64,000 nucleotides of DNA, taken from a candidate division FCPU426 bacterium. Its GTDB lineage: Bacteria > Oederibacteriota > Muellerivitia > Muellerivitales > Muellerivitaceae. The DNA is taken from contig CAVTWJ010000019.1 of NCBI GenBank assembly GCA_963738405.1, forward strand, positions 1 through 64,000. The letters run 5' to 3'. Below, piece by piece: positions 1 to 13,300 of the stretch (the first letter of the stretch is position 1; each line of letters begins with the position of its first letter). The translations under genes and the position numbers were made by a program. A model generated the notes under the pieces. It ran no database searches, had not been told where the DNA came from, and worked only from the letters and a program-made list of their open reading frames with translations.

Positions 1-1223
1 TATCGGTCCAATTCCCCGGCAATGATGTTAATCGATCCTAAATTGGCGATGGCGTCAGCAATCATGTGCCCTTCGATCATCTCTCCAAAGGCCGCGAAAT
101 TCATGAAGCAGGGAGGGCGGCATTTCACCCGATAGGGGTTTTTGCCCCCGTCGGAAACGATGTAAAACCCCAGTTCCCCATTGGCGGCTTCGGTGGCGTC
201 GTAAATCTCGCCGGGTTCGGGACAGATGCCGTGCATGATGATTTTGAAATGATTCATCAGCCCCTCAATGTTGCCGTAGGTGTTTTCCTTCGGGGGCAGG
301 GCCACCCGTTTGTCGTCGCTCATAATAGGCCCCCCGGGTATTTTCTTAAGGGCCTGCCGAATGATCGAGATCGATTCTTGCACTTCTTCCAACCGTACGA
401 AGATGCGGTCGTAAACATCCCCTGTCGTGCCTACCGGCACCTCGAAATCATATTGTTCGTAGCCGTAATAGGGCTCGGCTTTTCGAAGGTCGTAATCCAC
501 ACCGCAGGCGCGAAGCGTCGGCCCGGTGAATCCGTAACTGATGGCCCTTTCCTTGGAGATGACACAAACATCTTTTGTTCTATCGAGAAAGATGCGGTTC
601 TTGGCGATCAGTCCTTTGACGTCCGCAAGACTGGCGAGAACGTCCTTCAACACCAAATTCACTTCATCCCCAAAAGCGGGGTATAGATCCCGAATCAAGC
701 CGCCGATACGTGTATAGCTGGAGGTTAAGCGGGCTCCGCAAAGCTTTTCCAAAATATCGTAAACCTTCTCCCGCACATTGAAGAAATACCAGAAGTTGGT
801 CAGGGCGCCCATATCCACCAGGTTGGCGCCCACGCATACCAAGTGATCGATAATGCGGTTAAGTTCGCAAATGATCACGCGAATCGTTACGGCTCTATCG
901 GGAATTTGCAGGCCCAGCATCTTTTCCACGGCCTTGCAGTAGCCCACGTTGTTCATCATGGCGGAAACATAATTCAGGCGGTCGGTATAGGGAATGGCCT
1001 GTTGAAAGGTATGGGCCTCGCAGTCCTTCTCAAAACCCCGGTGCAGGTAGCCTTGTTCCACCACGGCGGCCACGATGGTTTCCCCGTCGAGGGCGCAAAA
1101 GGCCCTCAAGGCCCCGTGGGTGGCGGGATGGCTGGGCCCCAAATTGACGTAAAGAAAATCCCGGCTGTCGGGGGCGGAACTTTCTTCCAGGCCCTTGGAG
1201 GAGGTATGGAGGTTTTCAATCAT
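1..1223 (-). CDS. nuoD: NADH-quinone oxidoreductase subunit D (stop codon cut by the window edge)
   Basis: Not in the ORF track. Manual translation from ATG at 1223 (ATGA overlap with the nuoC stop) gives MIENLH...VNLGPSHPATHGALR and ends ...MIADAIANLGSINIIAGELDR followed by 'TA' at the edge. Both are NuoD signature motifs. Confidence 0.95.
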   Translation of the reverse strand, partial: MIENLHTSSKGLEESSAPDSRDFLYVNLGPSHPATHGALRAFCALDGETIVAAVVEQGYLHRGFEKDCEAHTFQQAIPYTDRLNYVSAMMNNVGYCKAVEKMLGLQIPDRAVTIRVIICELNRIIDHLVCVGANLVDMGALTNFWYFFNVREKVYDILEKLCGARLTSSYTRIGGLIRDLYPAFGDEVNLVLKDVLASLADVKGLIAKNRIFLDRTKDVCVISKERAISYGFTGPTLRACGVDYDLRKAEPYYGYEQYDFEVPVGTTGDVYDRIFVRLEEVQESISIIRQALKKIPGGPIMSDDKRVALPPKENTYGNIEGLMNHFKIIMHGICPEPGEIYDATEAANGELGFYIVSDGGKNPYRVKCRPPCFMNFAAFGEMIEGHMIADAIANLGSINIIAGELDR

Positions 1224-1759
1224 TTCAGGCCCTTTTCCTTCAGCCGCGTTTCCATTTCATCCATCAGGGATTGGTTGGCCGAAAGCCATTGCCGCCGGGT
1301 GATGGGATAATCTTTTCTTAAGGGATGCCCCACGAACTCATGGTGGTTCAAGAGCCTCTTCAAATTGGGGTGGCCTGTGAAGCGGATGCCCATCTGGTCA
1401 AATGCTTCCCTTTCAAGATGGTTGGCGTTGGCCCAAAAGCTGGTAGCGGTCGGCAATTGGGGGTCTTCCCCGCTCACGAAGGCTTTCACCTGAAGGCGGT
1501 GACCCTGGGATAAGGATTTCAAAAGATAAACCACGGCGAAACGCCTTCCATGCCATCCGGGAACCGCCGAATAGTCGAGAGAAACCAGATCTACCAGCAT
1601 GTCGAAATCCAGCCCCGGCGTCTCTTTGAGCGTGCGTAAGATTTCAAACGCTTGTGAAGCCTCGATTTCCACCTCGGTTTGGCCGAAACGGTCCAAGGAA
1701 GCCTTTACGTCTTGCGGGTGGATTTCCCTCAATTTTTCAACAACCTTGGAAGCTTCCAT
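1220..1759 (-). CDS. nuoC: NADH-quinone oxidoreductase subunit C
   Basis: ANHLEREAFDQMGIRFTGHPNLKRLL...GHPLRKDYP motif; position in the nuo operon. Confidence 0.95.
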   Translation of the reverse strand: MEASKVVEKLREIHPQDVKASLDRFGQTEVEIEASQAFEILRTLKETPGLDFDMLVDLVSLDYSAVPGWHGRRFAVVYLLKSLSQGHRLQVKAFVSGEDPQLPTATSFWANANHLEREAFDQMGIRFTGHPNLKRLLNHHEFVGHPLRKDYPITRRQWLSANQSLMDEMETRLKEKGLK

Positions 1760-1802
1760 GGTTTCCTTGATTCGAAAAATCCCGCGCGGTCAACGCGCCG
1801 GG

Positions 1803-2306
1803 TTAATAGTTGAAATGAGGCTCTTGGACTTTAAATTGCGCGGCGGGAGTGGTCCGGGGGTTGGCGATCTTCTGCTGGAGCTTCATGACTGCCTCCAGAA
1901 TGGCCTCGGGCCGGGGCGGGCAGCCCGCGATATAAACATCCACCGGCACCACCTGGTCGATCCCCTGGACGGTGCAGTAATTGTTGTAAAACCCGCCCGA
2001 GGAGGCGCAAACCCCCATGGAAATGACCCACTTGGGGTCCGGCATCTGTTCCCAGACCTGGCGGAGGATGGGAGCTTGCTTGAAGGTGACGGTTCCCGCT
2101 ACTAATAAGAGGTCGGCTTGGCGGGGTGAGAACCGGATCAATTCAGCCCCAAATCGGGAAAGATCAAAGACCGAGGCGGCCACGCTCATGAACTCAATAG
2201 CGCAACAGGCGGTGCCGAACGCTAGGGGCCAGATGGAGTTCTTTTGCCCCCAGGCTTGAACCGCCTCCAGGCGGGTGGTTAGGATCGGCAGGTTTTCTAT
2301 TCCCAT
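1803..2306 (-). CDS. nuoB: NADH-quinone oxidoreductase subunit B
   Basis: [27 protein letters not shown] and GCPPRPE motifs. Start placed at MGIENLP (2306), overlapping the nuoA end. Confidence 0.96.
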   Translation of the reverse strand: MGIENLPILTTRLEAVQAWGQKNSIWPLAFGTACCAIEFMSVAASVFDLSRFGAELIRFSPRQADLLLVAGTVTFKQAPILRQVWEQMPDPKWVISMGVCASSGGFYNNYCTVQGIDQVVPVDVYIAGCPPRPEAILEAVMKLQQKIANPRTTPAAQFKVQEPHFNY

Positions 2307-2674
2307 TCCAAGGCTCCCCTCTTTAAAAGGTAGAACCAGCCCAGCCCCAAAACCCCCAAGAATCCCAAGAGAGCGCCGAAACCCGCCCAGGCCATTTTTT
2401 GAAATAAGACCGCCCAGGGCAAAAGAAAGACCACTTCCACGTCGAAAACGAGGAAACACATGGCCACTAGGTAGAATTTGACGTGGGTATGGGTGCGGGA
2501 ATCCCCCGCCTGGCCTTGGAGCTGGATACCGCATTCATAGGCGGCGGATTTTTTATCGTTATCGCGGTGGGGAGCCAAAAATTGAGCCGTCAGGAGCATT
2601 CCGGTTGGGACCAAAAGGGCCAAAATCAGGGCAAAGGCCAGGGGAAAAAGGTTTTCAATGAACGTCATCGTCAT
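2297..2674 (-). CDS. nuoA: NADH-quinone oxidoreductase subunit A
   Basis: [28 protein letters not shown] and C-terminal KRGALEWE; three TM helices. Confidence 0.95.
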   Translation of the reverse strand: MTMTFIENLFPLAFALILALLVPTGMLLTAQFLAPHRDNDKKSAAYECGIQLQGQAGDSRTHTHVKFYLVAMCFLVFDVEVVFLLPWAVLFQKMAWAGFGALLGFLGVLGLGWFYLLKRGALEWE

Positions 2675-2856
2675 TCGATCCCCCCTTTAGCTTCCGTGGT
2701 GGCCTAACAGGGTGTTGAAAATGCTTTTACAACAACCCATCAAAGACGTTGAATTATAAGAAGGTTACCGAGGTGGAATCAATGCGAAACCCTTCTTGGA
2801 ATGAAGGTGAAGAGGACAGATGCGGGGCGAGGCATCATTAAAATAACCAAATAAAC

Positions 2857-2883
2857 AAAAGGCCCGGGAGTTCCGGGCCTTTC
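2857..2883 (-). terminator. Rho-independent terminator after the porin-family gene
   Basis: aaaaGGCCCGG-gagtt-CCGGGCCttt hairpin with a T-tract on the minus strand. Confidence 0.8.
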
Positions 2884-2899
2884 AAAAATCCATTGAGAA

Positions 2900-3463
2900 T
2901 TACATGAACTCGTAGCCAGCCAGAACGGTAATCGTTCCGTTTTGAACGTTTGTATTGCTTTGAACGTTATCCAATCCCAATTCATAACGGCCGCTGATGA
3001 GAACTTTCCCAAGGTCAAACTCCAATCCCGCCATCAACCCAATATCAGAGCTGTTGATGCCGGAAATATTGGTTCCATTGGATTGGGCCAGGGTATTCCA
3101 CGCGAAGGAAGGGCCTAACAGGACCGAAGGGTTAATCACCGGAATACCCGTAGAAAGCTTCAAAAGCACCGGAACTTCCACATAATCCAATTCCACGTTG
3201 GAATGGGTGCCGGAAATCTGGTTTCCTTTTTGTTCGTAGAGCAGTTCGGGCCTCAAGGCCAAGACATCCCCGAAATTAAGCTGGAGAAACCCGCCCCCCA
3301 CAAAACCCAGCTTGTTTGAATTAAAGCTTCCCAGGGAACTGACGCCGCTTCCGATGAAATTCGTAAAATTGGCGCCCGCTTCCAGGCCTAAATTGAAATT
3401 CTGTGCCGAAACCGAACCCGCCGCCAGAAGCACCATACCCAAAACCCATGCTTTAAGTTTCAT
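2900..3463 (-). CDS. Outer-membrane beta-barrel protein (porin/PorT-like family)
   Basis: Signal peptide MKLKAW...VSA-Q, GLEAGANF, RPELLYEQKG and LDYVEVPVLLK motifs; C-terminal aromatic GYEFM. Confidence 0.75.
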   Translation of the reverse strand: MKLKAWVLGMVLLAAGSVSAQNFNLGLEAGANFTNFIGSGVSSLGSFNSNKLGFVGGGFLQLNFGDVLALRPELLYEQKGNQISGTHSNVELDYVEVPVLLKLSTGIPVINPSVLLGPSFAWNTLAQSNGTNISGINSSDIGLMAGLEFDLGKVLISGRYELGLDNVQSNTNVQNGTITVLAGYEFM

Positions 3464-3560
3464 GTTCTCCCCCTTTTGATTCGATGATCCTTCCACATAT
3501 TTAGACGCTACTACCGTTTTATTAGTTTCAGGCCTGGTTCATGGGGTGGTGAACCTTGGA

Positions 3561-4985
<1,425 letters not shown>

Positions 4986-5109
4986 GTGCAATCCTCCCTT
5001 AGTTGACCCGCTATGGGGTCAAAGCGTTTTACGGCGTTATTTTAGGTAACCCGCTGAACTAAAACCCATCCCCCTTAACCCTCTTTTTCGGCCACGTAAC
5101 CCTCGCCGG

Positions 5110-5991
5110 TTATTTGGAAGCTGCCGGGGCGCCGCTTTGTACCCGAACTGCTTTCAACCCCCGCGCAAGTTCTTCAAGGCTTCCCTTCCCCAAGAAACGC
5201 ATTTGGGTTAGGTCCAACCCTTCCCTGGTTGGTTCCACGACCCAGGAGATCAATTGGAAATGGTTGGCCGAAAGGGCATGAAAAAGACCCTCAGCCTCGC
5301 CGCTTGGAAGCGTTATCTCCCCGAGCACCATGGCCCCGTCGGAGGACTGTTGAAGATAAAAGGCTCCGGACCGCGCGGGTGTGTCCGCCTTAACGTTCGT
5401 GCTCGCGTTAGGACTATTGGAATCCGCTTCCAGAGGAAGATAGAAGACCCGGCCTCTCCATTGGCCCTGGCCCACCAGCGTTTCGGCCTGTTTTTTAAAA
5501 TCCTCATCGGGAGTCTCAATCGGAAGAGGCGTTAATGATGACGATGGCAGACTCAAGGCGGACAAGAGTTCCCGGACTCCTTGCGCCAGTTCGGGAGCGG
5601 GTCCTTTAGCCTCAAATTGAAGGGACTTCACCGCCGGGGATTCATCCAAAAATAAATGGGTTAAACCCAGTACTTTCCAATGGCGGTTATTGAGAAATTC
5701 GAGGGCTTTGGGGATTTCGCCGTCCATCAAGACCAACCGGCCGTTTAAGAGGGCTTTATCGTCCTTCTCTTGAAACTCAAAATGGTTTTCCAGACCCATT
5801 CCCGGTTCCAGCGGCGTTCCGGCAACCAATAGGTTCAGGTCGCTTCGGGGATAAAGATAAATGGAGGTTAGTCCCTTGGTTTCGGCCGGGGGCCCCAGGA
5901 TTTTCACCCAAGGGGAAGTTTCTTCGGAAGCACCAAGGAGGGGCGGGAGGCTCAGGGTCCATAAACTGATCCATAACAGTGAAAATTTCAC
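5110..5991 (-). CDS. Secreted DUF1259 (LppY/LpqO)-like protein
   Basis: Signal peptide; two repeated halves with PRSDL, G.LVL...EI and HLFLDESP segments resembling DUF1259, with degenerate His motifs. Confidence 0.55.
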   Translation of the reverse strand: MKFSLLWISLWTLSLPPLLGASEETSPWVKILGPPAETKGLTSIYLYPRSDLNLLVAGTPLEPGMGLENHFEFQEKDDKALLNGRLVLMDGEIPKALEFLNNRHWKVLGLTHLFLDESPAVKSLQFEAKGPAPELAQGVRELLSALSLPSSSLTPLPIETPDEDFKKQAETLVGQGQWRGRVFYLPLEADSNSPNASTNVKADTPARSGAFYLQQSSDGAMVLGEITLPSGEAEGLFHALSANHFQLISWVVEPTREGLDLTQMRFLGKGSLEELARGLKAVRVQSGAPAASK

Positions 5992-6223
5992 GAGGGGTTC
6001 CTTTTCCTAAACTGAAACACCATTTTGTCAGCGCTCCGGCCCGAAGGCCACAAGGAATAAGCGCGTATTTTTTAAACCAAGGGTTAACGGAGGGTAAATT
6101 TCTCGCGTTGGGACCGCACGATCGGGGCGGCTCAAACAAATCCCTCTCGCCTCTACCCTCGAGAGGGAAATTTTGCCATTTTCTTCTTCCCCCTCGTAAA
6201 GGCCCGGCCTATGATTTCCCCGC

Positions 6224-8026
6224 GTGGCCGACAATCCGGGGAGACCTCCCATGGCTGAGATCAAAAAAATAGAGTTCAAGAATATCTGGGGCCAAGCCAC
6301 CTCCTTTATTACCCGTTATCAGAAACTCTGGTGGGTCGATCTTTCACTCATTCTGGGACTCATCGGCCTGGTTTTTGGCATCCTATCGGTCGCTTCCGAA
6401 TGGACTGGGGTCCATCGCCCCGTATTCGAGATCGATCTTTCCCCCTGGGCGCTCCCCAAGTACACCTTTTTCACCCTTTGCCGGGGAATGTTCGCTTATG
6501 TCCTATCGCTCATATTCACCCTGGCCTACGGTTATTGGGCGGCCAAGGACCACATGGCGGAAAAAGTTCTGATTCCCATGCTGGATATCCTTCAGTCCAT
6601 TCCCGTGTTGGGTTTCATGCCGGGCCTGGTGCTGGCCCTGGTGGCCCTTTTCCCCACAAGCAACATTGGGCTCGAACTGGCGGCGGTCATCATGATTTTC
6701 ACCGGTCAGGTTTGGAACATGACTTTCAGCTTTTACCAGTCCCTGCGGTCCGTCCCGATCTACCTTCAGGAAGCCGCCTCGGTCTACCAATTTAGTTGGT
6801 TTGAAAAAGCAACCAAGCTCGAAATCCCCTTTTCCGCCATCGGCCTCATTTGGAACAGCATGATGAGCATGGCGGGCGGCTGGTTTTTCATCACCGTAAG
6901 CGAGGCCTTTCAATTGGGCGACAAGGACTTCCGCCTGCCGGGCCTCGGCTCCTATATGAGCGTGGCCGCCGAAAAAGGCGACGATGTGGCCCGCTTCTGG
7001 GGCGTGATCGCCATGATCCTCATGATCACCTTTTTGGACCAATTTCTCTGGCGCCCCCTGGTGGTATGGGGTCAAAAATTCAGGGTGGAGGAAGGCGGGG
7101 CCGAAGAAGGCATGAATTCCTGGTTTTTGGATTTTCTCAATCAATCCCAGATCTTGCGTTTTATTGAAAGGCTTTTCGCCCCCAAACAACAGGCCGCTGC
7201 CGCCAACACACCCGGAACCGTCATGCCGCCCCCGCCCCCCGAAAGGAAGGTCCTTAAAACGGAGGCTCCCCAGTGGCCCCTCAAGCTGGTTTCGATTGTT
7301 TGTTTCTCCGGCCTGATTGGCGCCATGCTTTTCGGCGCCTATAAAATTGTGGAGCTTTTTTCACACCTAACCCTCGCCCAATGGATTTTGATTATCGAAG
7401 AAGCAAGTGTGACCTTAGGAAGAGTCTTGGCGGCCGTTTTGTTATCCCTGGTTTGGACCATCCCTGTGGGGATCGGGATCGGGCTGTCTCCCCGGCTATC
7501 CCGCATCAGTCAGCCCTTTGTACAGGTCGCCGCATCCTTTCCGGCGCCCATGTTGTTCTCCTATGTGATCCTGGCCATGAAATTCATGGGCATCCCCCTC
7601 AACTGGGGAGCCATCGCCCTCATGTTGTTGGGAGCCCAGTGGTATATTTTGTTCAACGTCATCGCGGGCGCCATGGCCATCCCCTCGGACCTGCTGGAAG
7701 CGGCCCGTATGAACGGCATCAAGGGCTGGGACCTTTTCACGAAAGTTCATCTCCCGGGCATCTTTCCCTATCTGGTAACAGGGATGGTCACCTCCGCCGG
7801 AGGCACCTGGAACGCCAGCATCGTGGCCGAATATGTCACTGACAAGGGACAGACCCTGACGGCCTTCGGTCTGGGTTCGCAAATTTCACTCGCGGCGTCA
7901 CAGGCCGATTTCCCCATGCTGGCCGCCAGCGTGGTGGTCATGTCCGTCATGGTGGTGGCCTTTAATCGGCTGGTCTGGAAGAGGCTTTACAAGCTGGCCG
8001 AGGAAAAGTACTCGCTGAGTAAATAA
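6224..8026 (+). CDS. NitT/TauT-family ABC transporter permease (two fused BPD_transp_1 domains)
   Basis: [25 protein letters not shown] and EAA loops in both halves; adjacent to the ATPase. The start may be ATG at 6251. Confidence 0.9.
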   Translation: MADNPGRPPMAEIKKIEFKNIWGQATSFITRYQKLWWVDLSLILGLIGLVFGILSVASEWTGVHRPVFEIDLSPWALPKYTFFTLCRGMFAYVLSLIFTLAYGYWAAKDHMAEKVLIPMLDILQSIPVLGFMPGLVLALVALFPTSNIGLELAAVIMIFTGQVWNMTFSFYQSLRSVPIYLQEAASVYQFSWFEKATKLEIPFSAIGLIWNSMMSMAGGWFFITVSEAFQLGDKDFRLPGLGSYMSVAAEKGDDVARFWGVIAMILMITFLDQFLWRPLVVWGQKFRVEEGGAEEGMNSWFLDFLNQSQILRFIERLFAPKQQAAAANTPGTVMPPPPPERKVLKTEAPQWPLKLVSIVCFSGLIGAMLFGAYKIVELFSHLTLAQWILIIEEASVTLGRVLAAVLLSLVWTIPVGIGIGLSPRLSRISQPFVQVAASFPAPMLFSYVILAMKFMGIPLNWGAIALMLLGAQWYILFNVIAGAMAIPSDLLEAARMNGIKGWDLFTKVHLPGIFPYLVTGMVTSAGGTWNASIVAEYVTDKGQTLTAFGLGSQISLAASQADFPMLAASVVVMSVMVVAFNRLVWKRLYKLAEEKYSLSK

Positions 8027-8036
8027 GGGGGTTTTT

Positions 8037-9512
8037 ATGTCAGTCAATACGGTCGATGCGGCGGCGAAACAAAAACTCATCGAGCTCAAAAACGTCTCGG
8101 AAGATTTCACGCTTCCAAACGGGAAATCCTTCGAGGCCCTCAAGGACATCAGCCTTTCCATACAAAGCCGGGAGGTCGTGGCCTTTCTGGGCCCCTCGGG
8201 CTGCGGCAAATCGACCCTGCTTCGCATCCTGGCTGGGCTTATTACTCCCACCAAAGGTGAGGTGCTCTATCACGACAAACCCCTAAAGGGCGTCAACACC
8301 GGCGTTTCCATTGTTTTCCAGAGTTTTGCCCTATTCCCTTGGATGACGGTGGCTGAAAACATCCAAACCGCCCTGAAATCCCGCGGTTTCCCGGAAAACG
8401 AAATTGAGGACCGCGCCCAAAAAGCCATTCAAATGGTAGGCTTGGCCGGCTTTGAGGAAACCTATCCCCGGGAGCTTTCCGGCGGCATGAAACAGCGCGT
8501 CGGGATGGCCCGGGGCTTGGCCGTGGACCCTGAAATATTGTTTATGGACGAGCCCTTCAGCCACGTGGACGCCCTGACCGCCGAATCTTTAAGGGCGGAA
8601 GTCATCGACATCTGGGCCGCTCAGGACAAGAACCCTTCCTCCATCCTCATGGTCAGCCACGACATTCCAGAAGTGGTGTACATGGCCGACCGCATCGTAG
8701 TGCTGGGCACCAACCCGGGCCACATGGTCAAGATCATCGAAAACTCCCTGCCCCGCCCCCGGGACTACCGCTCGCCCGATTTTCTGAAGATGGTGGACCA
8801 GCTGCACGATGTCATCATGGGCCATGAAATGGCCGATACGCCCGAGCCCGTCCCGGTTCCCAACCAGCCTCCCCCGGTGGAATCGATCCCTGAGACCCCG
8901 CCCATTGAAATTGTCGGTATGCTCGAATACCTGGATGCGCGCGGCGGCAAGGAAGATCTGTTTAAAATTGCCAGCGAAACCGAGAAGGATTTCGGTTCGG
9001 TCATCACCGTAGCCAAGGCCGCCGAGCTTTTGGATTTTGTCGACACCCCCAAACGCAATGTGGTTTTGACTTCGGAGGGCCAACGGTTCGTGAAGGCCAA
9101 AGCCTCAGAACGGCAAAACATCTGGAAAGAGCAGATCTTAAAACTGGGATTGTTCCGCCAAGTGAACGATATTTTGCTCAAACATCCCCGAAAGGGCTTG
9201 AGCGCGGATGTGGTGAAGGAAATCATTGTTCTCAACTTGCCCGCCGAGAATTTCGAGAAGATCTTCGGGACCTTCGTGGATTGGTCCCAGTACGGCAACC
9301 TTTTCCATTACACCGAGGAGACCCAAAATATCCACATCGCCCGAAAAAAGGCTTACCGTGGCCCAAAACCCAAGGGAAACGGCAATGGTTCCGATACTCC
9401 GTCCGGGGAGAATAACAACACCGCCCCCTCGGAGGCTCCGGTCACCGCCGCTTCCGCTCCAACGCCAACCGCTCCCGAAGCAAAAAGCGGGGATACCCCC
9501 CCAAAACCTTAA
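8037..9512 (+). CDS. NitT/TauT-family ABC ATP-binding protein with C-terminal AAA-associated domain
   Basis: Walker A GPSGCGKS, signature LSGGMKQRV, Walker B LFMDEPF; C-terminal extension with AAELLDFV. Confidence 0.92.
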   Translation: MSVNTVDAAAKQKLIELKNVSEDFTLPNGKSFEALKDISLSIQSREVVAFLGPSGCGKSTLLRILAGLITPTKGEVLYHDKPLKGVNTGVSIVFQSFALFPWMTVAENIQTALKSRGFPENEIEDRAQKAIQMVGLAGFEETYPRELSGGMKQRVGMARGLAVDPEILFMDEPFSHVDALTAESLRAEVIDIWAAQDKNPSSILMVSHDIPEVVYMADRIVVLGTNPGHMVKIIENSLPRPRDYRSPDFLKMVDQLHDVIMGHEMADTPEPVPVPNQPPPVESIPETPPIEIVGMLEYLDARGGKEDLFKIASETEKDFGSVITVAKAAELLDFVDTPKRNVVLTSEGQRFVKAKASERQNIWKEQILKLGLFRQVNDILLKHPRKGLSADVVKEIIVLNLPAENFEKIFGTFVDWSQYGNLFHYTEETQNIHIARKKAYRGPKPKGNGNGSDTPSGENNNTAPSEAPVTAASAPTPTAPEAKSGDTPPKP

Positions 9513-9599
9513 TTCAAGACCCCTGGGTAAAAATCCTTTTCGGCCTATCCCACGAATGATATGCTTTGGGCGCTTTCATTCACTTGATCAAGGAGATCT

Positions 9600-10271
9600 A
9601 TGGATTCCCTGCAAGCCTTTGTGGACCACATCCTCCATCTGAACAAATACCTGCCCGAATTGGTGCAAGCCTATGGAACTTATATCTACGCGGTGCTTTT
9701 CGGGGTCATTTTTTGCGAAACAGGATTGGTGGTAACGCCCATCCTTCCGGGGGATTCGCTTCTTTTCACCGTGGGTGCCTTAAGCGCTACAGCCCAATTG
9801 AACGTCGGATTCGCCTGGGCCCTCCTGACCGCAGCCGCTCTGATGGGAGACCATAGCAATTATTGGATCGGGCGGTTCTTCGGACCCAATATTTTCGGGA
9901 AACTGGTAAATAAGAAATACCTGGATAAAACCCACGAGATCTATGAAAAACACGGGGTTCAAACCCTGATCCTCTTCCAGTTCGCGCCCATTTTCCGCAC
10001 CTTCGCCCCCTTCGTCGCGGGAGTGGGCCGCATGACCTATGGAAAGTTCGCCCGTTACAACCTGATCGGGGTCTTGCTGTGGACGATCTTGTGCATCGGT
10101 TCGGGATTCTTCTTTGGAAACCTGCCTTGGGTCAACCAGCACTTTGAAGTGGTGATCCTCGCCATCGTCTTTGTCTCCCTTATTCCCACCTTTCTCCAGA
10201 TTGCGAAAGCCGTTTTCGGTTCCAAAAAGGAAGGTACTAAAAAGGGATCAGGGAAAAAGGGCAGGAAATAG
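9600..10271 (+). CDS. dedA: DedA family membrane protein
   Basis: FCETGLVVTPILPGDSLLF and RTFAPFVAG motifs. Confidence 0.92.
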   Translation: MDSLQAFVDHILHLNKYLPELVQAYGTYIYAVLFGVIFCETGLVVTPILPGDSLLFTVGALSATAQLNVGFAWALLTAAALMGDHSNYWIGRFFGPNIFGKLVNKKYLDKTHEIYEKHGVQTLILFQFAPIFRTFAPFVAGVGRMTYGKFARYNLIGVLLWTILCIGSGFFFGNLPWVNQHFEVVILAIVFVSLIPTFLQIAKAVFGSKKEGTKKGSGKKGRK

Positions 10272-10343
10272 CAATCTTACGGTCTGCGGTGTTAAAGGCG
10301 CCTCTTCATCAAACCTTACCCAAAAAAGATATAGTATTCCTAA

Positions 10344-13300
10344 TTAATGAATGACGACCACTTTCCCGGTCCGGTGGTAACCGTCACCAATGGAAAGGGT
10401 GTAGATGTAAAGGCCGCTGGCCACCGGCTGATTGCCGTTGTTCAGCAAAGTCCATTCAATGGAATTCATTCCCGCCGTTCCCTGAACATTGGCGCTGTAA
10501 ACCTTCTCACCCGCCAGGTTATAGAGGTTCAATGTCAATTGAGCGGACTGGTTCAGATTCACCTGGAAGTTGATTGGGTCCGAATCCTTTGAAATGTTCG
10601 GTGCCGCAACAACGGAGGCCGTTAATCGGGTAGTTTCGGTTGGTGCTGGCGTCAAAGTAGCAGTTGGCACATTTCCAGGATGAACCTCTTTCCCACCTAT
10701 GGGCGTACAGGTTGCCAAAGGTCTGCAAGAAGGTGGCACACCACCAGCATAGGAAACTAGGTTTCCCCTTAAGTAAATAGCGTAATGGGAATTGGTGCTA
10801 TAGGTCGAAGCCATCACGCAGGGGCTATACCAGTAGCTAGTCCCAGGCACAAACGACTGGGAATCAGACCGGGTAACTAGGGTTTGCAGGCTCACCCAAC
10901 TCACCCCTTGGCTCAAAACCGTATTGTCGGTCGTGGAGAGGGTCATTTCCCAATTCGCCATTTGCATGCTGGTCGGTCCGCAGGCGGGCGAGAAATTAAG
11001 CGCCGACAGCGAAACCCCCGTCACGTTGTGGAAACAACTTGGGTTATAGAGACACCCATCCGTCGTCACCTGACCCACAAGTGAGACGCCCGATGTGTCA
11101 TAGGGCCAGAACTTGATGGTAATGTCGGACAGGGTCACCGCTGCCCCGTTGTTCACGACCGCAAAAAGGTGGTACACCGAATTAGACGAGCAAGAACTGG
11201 TGTACTCCTCAAGCAAGGCTAGGGCCGCCGTGTCAACTCCACATTGAGTGGTAGCTGTTGGGCTTGGAGTTTGGGTGATAGTGAAGGTACGGGTCGGTGT
11301 GTTGGTTTTTGTGGGAGTATTAACGGTCGGGGTTTTCGTCGGGGTACCCGTCTTGGTCGGGGTTTTCGTGAGTGTAGAAGTTCTGGTTGCCGTCAAAGCC
11401 GATGTGGGCGTGGAGGTTGGAGAATTAGTGGCCGTAAAAGTCATGGTGCGGGTCTTAGTCGGGGTCTTGGTAAATGTCGATGTAACCGCAGGTGTATAGG
11501 TGGGGGTATTGGTAGCGGAAGGTGACGACGTATTTGACGAAGTGAAGGTCGGGGTAAAAGTGAATGATGCCGTAGGCGATGCAGTGGGTGTCTGTGTCCA
11601 GGTGTTGGTGGAAGTGGGGGTAGGCGTCGGTGTATCCGTAGAGGTCAAAGTACTTGTAACCGATGGTGTGACAGTATATGTCGGAGTAGGTGAATAGGTA
11701 GCCATCGGTGACGGTGTCGTGGTTTGGGTGGGAGTCCAGGTAGGATAGGGCGTTTGGGCCAAGGGGCATCCGGTCAATTCCACCACGCGGTTGTTGCCTT
11801 CATCCACCGCGCACCAGAACCCGTTCCCCGCCGCCACCCCTTCCACTCCCTCGAAAGGCAGGCTATTCGCCGCCTGGGTATCGCCCAGGTGGTTTCCGGT
11901 GGAGTTGAAAACCCCCACGGTGCCGCTTCCGTCCGATACATAAACCCAATTGTTGAAGGCACCCACCGCCACCCATTCTGCGGTCGCAAGGGGAGTATTC
12001 TGCACGGCGGACCATTGGGTTATCCAGGCACCAGAGTTGGAAAATTCCTGGACAAGACCCGTCACGTCATCGGTCACGTAAACATTCCCCTGGTTATCCA
12101 AAGCCACACCGGTAGGTGCATCGAAAGCCCCGTTTCCTCCGTCACCGGTCGTTCCCCAGGCCGAAAGGGGCGATCCGGAAAGGTTGAAAAGCTGAATCCG
12201 GTGGTTGCCCTGATCAGCTACGTAAATGACCCCACGGATGCTATCCACCGCAATCCCTAGAGGTGTGTTTAAGCCCGCAAAATTCCCGGAAGGCCCCCCA
12301 AATCGGGTTACGGTTGCACCCCCTGAATTGAACACCATTACCTGACCCAGGAAATTGTCCGTGACGTAAACCAAGCCCGTTCCATCCAGGGCCACTCCCG
12401 ACGGCTCCACCATCGCTCCCACAGCACGCTTGGCCACATTTCCGCCCTGCGCCGAGAGAAAATCCCAGCCGCCGGTAGAATCGTCCGCCGCATAGAGGTT
12501 CCCTGATCCGTCTAAGGCTATTCCACCAGAGCCGGTCACGGGCCAGGAAGCGGCAGTGGGGCAGTTATAGGCCGTCGTGGGCGTCGGGGTCGCCGTGGCG
12601 TTCAAAAGGGTGCCGGTGTACCAAACATCGTTGTCGTACCCGTCGCCGTTCCAGCCGCCGATGACCCAAAGTCTGTCGCCCGGCGCTCCGGGTGCGGCAC
12701 CAGGTGAAGCGGGGTTGAATTCCAGCATGGTGTGGTCCGACCGGAAGCCATAGCCTGCCTGGTTATTGGCTTGGTTCCAGTTATTTCCGTCGTACCAAAG
12801 ATCCCCGGTGGGAATGTCCTCCGCCGTCATACCGCCCGATATAAATAGAAGGTTGTCGAAAGCCATGCCTGCCGCGTCCTGCCGGGCCGTTAAGGGCGGT
12901 GCGGGATTAACCGTACCCCACACAGGCCCATCGCCGTAATTCGTCAGGAGATATTCAACGGTGTTTAGGCTTCCATCCGCCGCCTGGCCGTCGATGAAAT
13001 AAACGTTGGAGTTGAAGGAAACAGCGGTTTGATAGGCCGCAGGAGCGGGCAGGCTCCCGCGCTGTTGGGACCAGTTCACCCCGTCAGATGAATTCCATAC
13101 TTCCGAGAGGGTGTTATCGTTCTCGTCAATGCCCCCCGTCATCCACAACCGGGGGCCTTGGCCCGCGTCATATACAAAAAGGGAGATACCCGTGCGGGGG
13201 CTGAAGGGCGCTTGCGTAACCGCTTCGGTCCAATTGGCCCCGTCGTTGGAAGACCAAACATCATTGTCGAAACTGCCGTCGAAATTCTGTCCGCCAACCA

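Noticed and set aside
66..1310. Plus-strand ORFs 66..686 and 843..1310
   Set aside because: Antisense shadows of nuoD/nuoC, which carry clear motifs on the minus strand.
2307..2534. Extended N-terminus of NuoB in the ORF track
   Set aside because: Overlaps nuoA in another frame; NuoB similarity starts at MGIENLP.
2710..2738. Imperfect inverted repeat gggtgttgaaaa...ttttacaacaaccc upstream of nuoA
   Set aside because: Short, single copy; cannot distinguish operator, MITE scar or chance.
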